Assembly: GCA_963968165.1 (NCBI GenBank)
Contig: CAXAFE010000011.1
Location: 4,384-68,383 of the forward strand
Source of the DNA: an uncultured Candidatus Poseidoniales archaeon
GTDB taxonomy: Archaea > Thermoplasmatota > Poseidoniia > Poseidoniales > Thalassarchaeaceae
Reading direction: 5' to 3'
Length of the DNA: 64,000 nt
Shown here: positions 57,479-64,000 of the stretch, one piece after another
Position numbering within the stretch: the stretch's first letter is position 1
Layout: each line of letters opens with the position of its first letter
Translations under genes and position numbers: made by a program
The notes under the pieces: generated by a model
Seen by the model: the letters and a program-made list of their open reading frames with translations, nothing else
What the model was told of the DNA's origin: nothing
Databases searched by the model: none

Positions 57479-58087
57479 ATGGTGTCTGAAAAAAACGTTC
57501 CTGCTGATGCAGAACTTCCAACAATACATGGCGACTTTAGAATTAGGGTTTATCACGAGGATAGTACGGGATTTGACCATGTTGCATTAACTCTTGGAGA
57601 GATGTCAGGACCTGATCCTGTACTTGTTAGAGTCCATTCTGAATGCTTGACTGGAGATGCCTTCTCAAGCCTCAGGTGTGATTGTGGACCTCAATTAGAT
57701 GCCGCATTGAAACAAATAAAACAAAATGGGTGGGGGTGTCTTGTATATTTGCGTCAAGAGGGTCGTGGAATAGGTTTACACGCTAAAATACAAGCATATA
57801 ATCTTCAAGATAAGGGAGTAGATACTCATGATGCTAACTTAATGCTAGGGCATCCAGTGGACGCGCGAAATTACAGTATTGCATCGGAGATATTAACTTC
57901 AATCGGCATTAGTAAGGTTAGTTTATTGACTAATAATCCTGAAAAAATAAAACAACTTGAACAATATGGAATAAAAGTTAGTGAAAGCAAACCTTTAATC
58001 GTTGGAATAGGTGAAAAAAATAAAGAATATATGGCAACTAAAATAATAAGAATGGGTCATTCTATAGATGAAAATTTGCTAAATTAA
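57479..58087 (+). CDS. ribA: GTP cyclohydrolase II (bacterial-type RibA)
   Basis: Motifs are LPTIHGDFRIRVY, VRVHSECLTGDAFSSLRCDCGPQLDAAL and YLRQEGRGIGLHAKIQAYNLQDKGVDTHDANL. Confidence 0.9.
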   Translation: MVSEKNVPADAELPTIHGDFRIRVYHEDSTGFDHVALTLGEMSGPDPVLVRVHSECLTGDAFSSLRCDCGPQLDAALKQIKQNGWGCLVYLRQEGRGIGLHAKIQAYNLQDKGVDTHDANLMLGHPVDARNYSIASEILTSIGISKVSLLTNNPEKIKQLEQYGIKVSESKPLIVGIGEKNKEYMATKIIRMGHSIDENLLN

Positions 58088-58092
58088 GTCCA

Positions 58093-58168
58093 TGGGGCCG
58101 TGACCGGGAATTGAACCCGGGCCGGCGGGACCACAACCCACCGTGCTAACCTCTACACCATCACAGCC
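58093..58168 (-). tRNA. tRNA-His (anticodon GUG) with genome-encoded G-1 and 3' CCA
   Basis: The reverse complement reads G|GCTGTGA TG GTGT AGAGGTTA GCAC G GTGGG TTGTGGT CCCGC CGGC CCGGG TTCAATT CCCGG TCACGGC C CCA. GTG sits at positions 34-36 and the extra 5' G lies opposite C73. Confidence 0.88.
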
Positions 58169-58275
58169 GTAATTATACTAAGCGTGATGCCTTACATTTA
58201 TCAAACGTATGTATAAGGATTCTAACTGCTCTTTTAACCAACGTATTGAAGCGCGTAAGCCTTGTGTTGGGTAAT

Positions 58276-60636
58276 ATGAAAGGTAAGCCCGAATGTTGTA
58301 TTATAATAATAATATTAATTAGTTTACTTATGCCTTTACAAATATCAGTAGCAGATAAAGTCATATCTGCAGAAAATAGAGAAATAATTTCAGCAGGAGA
58401 TTTTGTAAACTCAGAAGATTGGGAAATAACTAGTATTTCGGGATTTTCCAATAATATTGCTGAATATAGCGTAGGGATGGTCGCAGATCAGGAGTTATCT
58501 ATTACTCATAATAGGCCAGATAATTTCGCATATCATAACGCATGGTCTACAGATAGCATAACTAATTCTAATAACACGATTGGTGAACCTGATGGCTCAT
58601 ATACTTGGTCAAAGGGGCCAGAAATTGTGACAAATGGTTATCAAAACACTGGATTCGAGAACTATGATATTGAAAATATATCTTTAGTATTGCATATCAG
58701 TATACCTAATGAGTTAGTTCAAGATGAAGTAAATATTTTACTTAAAAATCATGGTCCAGATAAATTGATTAAAACATTTACCAATGTAGATACATATGAG
58801 GGCCTAGAAAGAATGAATAATCCAGTTATAATAAACCTAGATAACGAAATAGAATGGGATTGGCAGAAAATAGAAATTACCCAGATAGGTATAGATTATG
58901 TTTCGGATAATGTTGGTGCTGATGATTCAGAAGTAAGAGTAGATGCTGTTGGAATTAGGATAAAATATCATCAACCATGGTACTCGTTTGAAACAGTGAA
59001 GGCTGAAACTATGGTCCCATATCAAGAAATGCCAGTTTTAGATTTTGGCCCATATGATGGAGATATAGATTATTTGACCCAATCCACATGTGGACTTGAA
59101 AATATATCTCCTTCAAATGCAGGATTATGGACTCTGGAGGGCATAAAGGCCCCACAGGGACAGAGTATAGGTAGAGTTCATTCATATGGCGAAGGAAATT
59201 TCACAATTACGTATAAACATGGTGAAGATTCATATCAAGAAATTGAATCGGGAGATTTATTCCCCTATGAAATAGATAAACTAGATTTGATAATTATAAT
59301 TAATGACGGCTGTATTGAAAAGATTAGGATTGACATAAATGATCCCACATTAGTAGTTGAAGGCCATATAACTGGAAAAATAGATGGTTTATCTAATACG
59401 TCTAATATATTGTTTGCTATTGGTAATGAATTAGTATACTCGATGCCAATTAGTATTGGAGATTTTGCTTTTTCAGTAAATGTTGGTCATACTTTGCCTA
59501 ATCGGGAAGGATTTAATTTTGGAGTAGCGACTAGGATACAATGGTCTTCAAATGGGACGCAAGAAACTAGTATAATTCATATTACATCGATATCCATAGT
59601 TGGGGGATATGATATCGAGTGGGATTATAATCCTAATTGTACGAAACTAGATGATTTGGAGTTAGAAGAAGATGAAGGTGGGGTAATAATACCTATTACA
59701 TCCAGATGTCAGGATGATTTGACTCCAGAAGATCAATTATACGTTTCTGCATCAAGTAGTAATGATGATTTAGTCTATGTTTCTACTTCTGGAGGGGATC
59801 TTAGGATTCAACCCAATTCAGATGCATATGGGCATGCAACTGTAAATGTTAATGTAATCGACCAGAGGGGAAATTTTTGGAATGATAGTTTCAATATCAA
59901 AATAAATCCTGTTGCCGACCCTCCAGTTTTGAATAACTTACCCTTGAGTACCTATGTTGACTTGGGAGATACTCAAATAATTATTATTGACATCATAGAT
60001 GTAGATACAGAAAATTTAATTATTACTACAAGTAGAAGTTGGGCTAATATCAATGAAGATAGGAATTTAATACTAACCCCTGTTCAAAGTGGCAGCCATA
60101 TTATTGAGATTACCGTATCAGATGGAATTTTTGAAATAAACCAAAGTATTGAAGTAATTGTTACTGCAAAACCTGATTTAGTAATTGAAAATATTGAAAT
60201 TAGTGAAAGTGGAATATCAGGAAGTATTTTTCAGACTGGTGACGTCATACAAATAGTCTCATACATTAGGAATCAAGGAATGGGAGATACTGGAATGATT
60301 ACATTACAGTGTACAGTAGAAAATATTTTAATTGCGCAGGCTACAATTGAAAATATTTCACCAGGAGGATTAGGTGTTGCAATATGCGATAATAAAATTG
60401 AGATTTTAAGTGGTATGTTAAATATTGAGGTTAAAGTAGATAGTATATCCGAGATCCAAGAAACGGATGAAGGTAATAATATATTTTCTATTGAAATTCA
60501 GGTCGTTGATCGCGATAGCGGAGATGAAGATGATAATCGTTCAATATTATTTGTCATCATGTCAATAGTATTGATAATTCTTTCAATAATGGCCCTTCAA
60601 TTTGGACCCTCTAAAGTCAAGCGTGAATTTGAATGA
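58276..60636 (+). CDS. Membrane-anchored surface protein with cadherin/Ig-like and CARDB-like domains
   Basis: The signal is MKGKPECCIIIIILISLLMPLQISVA. An Ig/cadherin-like domain ends in INPVADPPVL. The CARDB-like segment is KPDLVIENIEISESGISGSIFQTGDVIQIVSYIRNQGMGDTG...EGNNIFSIEIQV. The C-terminal TM is ILFVIMSIVLIILSIMALQF. The track start at 58246 is TTG; the ATG at 58276 is preferred. Confidence 0.7.
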   Translation: MKGKPECCIIIIILISLLMPLQISVADKVISAENREIISAGDFVNSEDWEITSISGFSNNIAEYSVGMVADQELSITHNRPDNFAYHNAWSTDSITNSNNTIGEPDGSYTWSKGPEIVTNGYQNTGFENYDIENISLVLHISIPNELVQDEVNILLKNHGPDKLIKTFTNVDTYEGLERMNNPVIINLDNEIEWDWQKIEITQIGIDYVSDNVGADDSEVRVDAVGIRIKYHQPWYSFETVKAETMVPYQEMPVLDFGPYDGDIDYLTQSTCGLENISPSNAGLWTLEGIKAPQGQSIGRVHSYGEGNFTITYKHGEDSYQEIESGDLFPYEIDKLDLIIIINDGCIEKIRIDINDPTLVVEGHITGKIDGLSNTSNILFAIGNELVYSMPISIGDFAFSVNVGHTLPNREGFNFGVATRIQWSSNGTQETSIIHITSISIVGGYDIEWDYNPNCTKLDDLELEEDEGGVIIPITSRCQDDLTPEDQLYVSASSSNDDLVYVSTSGGDLRIQPNSDAYGHATVNVNVIDQRGNFWNDSFNIKINPVADPPVLNNLPLSTYVDLGDTQIIIIDIIDVDTENLIITTSRSWANINEDRNLILTPVQSGSHIIEITVSDGIFEINQSIEVIVTAKPDLVIENIEISESGISGSIFQTGDVIQIVSYIRNQGMGDTGMITLQCTVENILIAQATIENISPGGLGVAICDNKIEILSGMLNIEVKVDSISEIQETDEGNNIFSIEIQVVDRDSGDEDDNRSILFVIMSIVLIILSIMALQFGPSKVKREFE

Positions 60637-60860
60637 ATAAAATGATTAAAACTGAGCCATAATCGAACCCCTGTATGGCCGATAATCACTGTAAACTAGG
60701 GAATAGTTATATTCTGAGTGATAGCGAATATCATTTACTTAACTCTGTTATATGCTGAGCTATGAGTAAGATGTGTGTGAAAATGATGACATTGAAGATT
60801 CGATTAGAAACAGAAGAATGGGTTTATGAAGAACATGAGTTAACTTGATTGAGAGCGTCA

Positions 60861-61841
60861 TTATTTGTTTGTCCATGTTTGTGGATAAGTTCCCGGGGCC
60901 ATCAATACAGATTGGGCTACTGCGACTTGGCCTGATTTCATTTCAGTTAAATCTTCTGAATTAACACTCAGAGTAGCTATCGCAACTGCTTCTTCTTTCA
61001 AGCTTAAAATTATAACTGAATCACCTTTTTTGATTCCTTTAGATACTTTAACTATGCCAGGTTTAGCAAGAGGTGCGCCATGAGAAACTGCAGAAACTGC
61101 ACCATCTTTTACATATACCCTGGGTAACTTGTTTACTATTGATTCAATGGGTGAAATTAGATTTTTTAATCCCCTGTCGTCACCTTGATTTTGCCATAAA
61201 AATATTGCATCAGTAAGTTGATGCATTGTACAAGCCATCCCTTCATCGAAATTACCAGTTTTATCTCGATGTAACTCTATCAGATCACACTTAGTATCAA
61301 GAAGTAGACCAATATCTTTTGTGAGTGTTCTAACATAAGTTCCTGCGTTACATGATAGTTGAATTATGGCTACTTTTCCTGAGTCATCTACATCTAATAA
61401 TTTATTTATAAAAATTGATCTCGCTCGAACTTGAATCTTGACAGCAGATTCTTTTGGAGGAACATTGTATATATCGCCAGTTAAAGTAATAAGAAGATTT
61501 TTTAGTTTCTCTTCATTGATAGGATTTTCAAAGCGAAGTACTGCAACATAGCTTTTATCTGAATTTAGAACAATGTTTGTTATTTTTGTAGCTTTTCCAC
61601 ATAATAATGTTAGAAGGCCTGTTGCAAAAGGATCTAAAGTTCCTCCGTGTCCTAATCTATTAAGCCCGAGTAAATCTCTAGCCCAAGCAGTTAACTGATG
61701 GCTTGTTGGCCCTGAGGGTTTGTTTACTAGAATTAAACCAGAGTCCAATAATTCATTAATTGACCTATCAGCAGGCCATGAACCATACTTATCATTGGTC
61801 TCGACATCTTTATCTAAAATCCAATATTCTTTATTTAGCAT
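60861..61841 (-). CDS. cbf5: H/ACA RNP pseudouridine synthase Cbf5 (TruB family) with PUA domain
   Basis: The motif run is LVNKPSGPTSHQLTAWARDLLGLNRLGHGGTLDPFATGLL. The C-terminus is PUA-like (VYVKDGAVSAVSHGAPLAKPGI). Confidence 0.9.
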   Translation of the reverse strand: MLNKEYWILDKDVETNDKYGSWPADRSINELLDSGLILVNKPSGPTSHQLTAWARDLLGLNRLGHGGTLDPFATGLLTLLCGKATKITNIVLNSDKSYVAVLRFENPINEEKLKNLLITLTGDIYNVPPKESAVKIQVRARSIFINKLLDVDDSGKVAIIQLSCNAGTYVRTLTKDIGLLLDTKCDLIELHRDKTGNFDEGMACTMHQLTDAIFLWQNQGDDRGLKNLISPIESIVNKLPRVYVKDGAVSAVSHGAPLAKPGIVKVSKGIKKGDSVIILSLKEEAVAIATLSVNSEDLTEMKSGQVAVAQSVLMAPGTYPQTWTNK

Positions 61842-61846
61842 AATAA

Positions 61847-62380
61847 TTAGTCCCCCAAATATTGATTTACTAACTGAAAAACATCATCTTCGTTTTTATC
61901 ATCTGCCTCTACTATTAAATCATATGGTGACATATCATCTAAATTTATTTTGTATAATGTCATATATCTATCCATATCATCTTTTTGACGTGATTTTGAT
62001 TTTTTTAAACAATCGGAATATAAGCCGCCTTCCCTATGTTGAATTCTTTTCGCACGCTCTTCTTCTGATACAGAAATCCATATTTTTTTACAATTTATTT
62101 CCAGTTGTTCAGCCCACCAACCGCATAGTCTGCTTTCCATAATTTCAGGAGGATTTTTAGATGTCATTATTTCTTTGAGTTTGTAATCTAGAGATTTATC
62201 GGTTTCCAAGTCACTTTTACATAGTGCACTAAATTCTTCTACAGAAATTCCTTTAGAGTTGGCAGCTGATCGGAAAATATCCCCCCCATTAATAAAATTC
62301 CAATTTCTATCATTTGATAGTTTGGAGACGAGAGTGGACGTGCCACTCCCGGGAGGGCCGCTAATAGTTACCATTAGCAT
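61847..62380 (-). CDS. cmk: Cytidylate kinase, archaeal type
   Basis: The P-loop is ISGPPGSGTSTL and IWISVSEEERAKRIQHREG is present. The position next to DUF106 and cbf5 is typical of archaea. The track start (GTG 62413) overlaps the upstream gene; Met at 62380 (MLMVTISG) is preferred. Confidence 0.8.
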   Translation of the reverse strand: MLMVTISGPPGSGTSTLVSKLSNDRNWNFINGGDIFRSAANSKGISVEEFSALCKSDLETDKSLDYKLKEIMTSKNPPEIMESRLCGWWAEQLEINCKKIWISVSEEERAKRIQHREGGLYSDCLKKSKSRQKDDMDRYMTLYKINLDDMSPYDLIVEADDKNEDDVFQLVNQYLGD

Positions 62381-62384
62381 GAAA

Positions 62385-63317
62385 TTATCTCCATTCATGA
62401 CGGCACATTTCACATCTCAATTTACCATTAGGAGTTCGGTATATCAAATCTGAATCACAAGACTTGCAGATTGTTCCAGATTTTGGAGGTGCAGCATGAG
62501 AATTACCAGATCTTCGAATCTCTAAGGCATCAGGATTACCTGTTTTTCTTGGTCCTGCTCGTTTCCGTTGGGTTCTTTGAGGACGAGAATTATTATTCTT
62601 TGAATTACGATTATCGTCCAACAGGTGAAGAAGAGGTTCTGGAATTGTTGCACCTGAGGTAACCAAAGGGTGAGTTTTATATCGAATTAACTTAATATGC
62701 CTATCAACAATTCTTCCAAGAGGTGCGCTCATGGATATGTAAGTAGCAATCCATGCTGGAAAAATCCAAAATACTCGATTATTAAAGTTCCAAGTCGTAG
62801 ACCAAGGTGCACTAACATATTCAACTCTAAAATTTTCAACGGAGGTTGCCATCCAACTAAATATTCCAATTATGAAAATCATTGTGAACATCATTGGCTT
62901 CATCATTGCTGCTTGCATGGCCATTTGTTCTGGCATCATCTCCATTTGTAATTTTTGCATTTTATCTGCTGTTGCAGTATCTCTTGCCATTCTAGCCTCA
63001 CGTGATTTCTGACTAATTTGCCTTGATCTGTGAGAATAGTGTGCTTGCCTTAATGGGTCCATAAAGAATGAACGGATTATTGTATTTACAACCATTATGG
63101 AAGAACCTAGAATGAAAACTGTTGGTACAAAATATTTTTCATGAAATGGTAATATTGGCTCTATAACTGTCCCAGAACCAGACGCTAGTGCTTCTCTAAA
63201 GCCAGGAAAAAACATTAACATTACCATCATACCCATTAGAAATAACATTGGAAAAAGCATAGCAGACATGGCTTCTGTTTGAGCATTTCCACCCGCCTCA
63301 GGACTAACCATAGCCAC
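62385..63317 (-). CDS. DUF106 / Oxa1-superfamily (YidC-like) membrane protein with basic C-terminal tail and terminal Zn-ribbon
   Basis: The core ARDTATADKMQKLQMEMMPEQMAMQAAMMKPMMFTMIFIIGIFSWM (coiled-coil hairpin + TM) is typical of DUF106. The tail is NSRPQRTQRKRAGPRKTG...RRSG, followed by CKSCDSDLIYRTPNGKLRCEMCRHEW. Confidence 0.7.
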   Translation of the reverse strand: MAMVSPEAGGNAQTEAMSAMLFPMLFLMGMMVMLMFFPGFREALASGSGTVIEPILPFHEKYFVPTVFILGSSIMVVNTIIRSFFMDPLRQAHYSHRSRQISQKSREARMARDTATADKMQKLQMEMMPEQMAMQAAMMKPMMFTMIFIIGIFSWMATSVENFRVEYVSAPWSTTWNFNNRVFWIFPAWIATYISMSAPLGRIVDRHIKLIRYKTHPLVTSGATIPEPLLHLLDDNRNSKNNNSRPQRTQRKRAGPRKTGNPDALEIRRSGNSHAAPPKSGTICKSCDSDLIYRTPNGKLRCEMCRHEWR

Positions 63318-63371
63318 CCGGCCGGATACAACAAGAATGAATACTTCGGTTAAAATCTAAAAAAAAACATG

Positions 63372-64000
63372 TTATTGTGACTTGAATGAAAATCCACATA
63401 GTATACACTGTGATGTACCAATATCATTTTCAGACCCACATGTTGGACAATTATGATTACTGTTCTCACTTATTTTTTCGGTATCAGCGTCTAGTTTAGA
63501 AAAATTAGTATCTTTGTCAATTAAATCATTAGAAATTTCTTGTATGTTGGTACCGTTATTTGTTATTTCTGATGAAGGTGAATTTAATTGCGTATCTATA
63601 GATTCAATTTCTTGTAATTCAAAGTCTTCTGATTCCGGAAATAGTGAAACATCATTATCGGCAGTAGAAATTTCATCAGATAAAGATTCTTCAACCCATT
63701 CAGGTAGATTAGGATCTTCATCAACTTCATCACCAAATGTAGCACCGTGGAAGTCTTGAGCGTCTGAGACCTTATATTCAGATTCTGGATCTCCTTGAAT
63801 GACGTAAACCACTTCTACTCTTTCTCCTTTTTCGATTCTTCCGATTGCCCAAGTTACATGCGTACCTTCTCTAGCAGATTCTTTTGTGGTTGATCCTTCT
63901 CTTTCGCCATGGGCAGATGATCTAATGGAATATTCTTCTATAGCAAAGGTACCTGGAACTACATCATGCAGTGCTAAATCTTCTAGAGCACTATCAGAAT
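63372..64000 (-). CDS. Protein with acidic linker and C-terminal Zn-ribbon; N-terminus lies beyond the right window edge
   Basis: The track gives 63372-63812 from an internal GTG. The same frame stays open to base 64000 by my codon-by-codon check: ...SDSALEDLALHDVVPGTFAIEEYSIRSSAHGEREGSTTKESAREGTHVTWAIGRIEKGERVEVVYVIQGD. The C-terminus is CPTCGSENDIGTSQCILCGFSF. Confidence 0.6.
   Translation of the reverse strand, partial: SDSALEDLALHDVVPGTFAIEEYSIRSSAHGEREGSTTKESAREGTHVTWAIGRIEKGERVEVVYVIQGDPESEYKVSDAQDFHGATFGDEVDEDPNLPEWVEESLSDEISTADNDVSLFPESEDFELQEIESIDTQLNSPSSEITNNGTNIQEISNDLIDKDTNFSKLDADTEKISENSNHNCPTCGSENDIGTSQCILCGFSFKSQ

Noticed and set aside
60637-60860. C/D-box-like motifs in the 224-nt gap upstream of cbf5: ATGATGA at 60783-60789, ATGAAGA at ~60825, and CTGA at ~60714 and ~60755
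   Set aside because: No arrangement gives the canonical archaeal C - 12 nt - D' / C' - 12 nt - D geometry with a proper CTGA D box and terminal stem. The best fit needs a degenerate TTGA. I cannot support an sRNA call without covariance-model or expression data.

Overview
This is an AT-rich (about one-third G+C by eye), very gene-dense archaeal chromosomal window. Archaeal identity rests on RpoL, aEF-1beta with its partner Zn-ribbon protein, Cbf5, TruD, a type-A-like RNase P RNA and a cmk / DUF106 (Oxa1-like) neighbourhood. These sit alongside bacterial-type catabolic genes (hbd, acyl-CoA dehydrogenase), bacterial-type RibA and TopIB, and huge secreted proteins. Together with the low G+C this suggests a marine planktonic euryarchaeote (MG-II/III-like), but that is inference only. 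I found no CRISPR array, transposase, integrase or rRNA. RNA genes are tRNA-Gln(UUG), tRNA-Lys(CUU), tRNA-His(GUG) and RNase P RNA, all visible as GC-rich islands. The window is dominated by cell-surface biology. There are two tandem PPC-repeat secreted proteins (1-5584), a ~2,000-aa membrane-anchored S8 subtilase (6515-12502) and two MMPL/RND-type exporters. There is also a thioredoxin-fold + VKOR-like cluster (20.4-23.6 kb) and a CARDB-containing surface protein (58.3-60.6 kb). The largest element is one uninterrupted 16.65-kb ORF (37793-54445, 5,550 aa). It combines three RCC1-type propeller blocks, about 21 copies of a ~48-aa repeat I cannot name, thrombospondin-type-3 Ca-binding repeats, Ig-like LPxGLxF..TGxIxGTP domains and one C-terminal TM helix. 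Its ~365-aa tail ends in a module also found at the C-terminus of a nearby 879-aa Lys/Glu-rich coiled-coil protein (33615-36254). That shared tail, the divergent HTH_10 regulator with repeated promoter motifs, and the unnamed repeat family are my best candidates for undescribed biology. All family calls come from motif recognition by eye; no searches or alignments were run. Domain boundaries are approximate (+/- ~30 nt).
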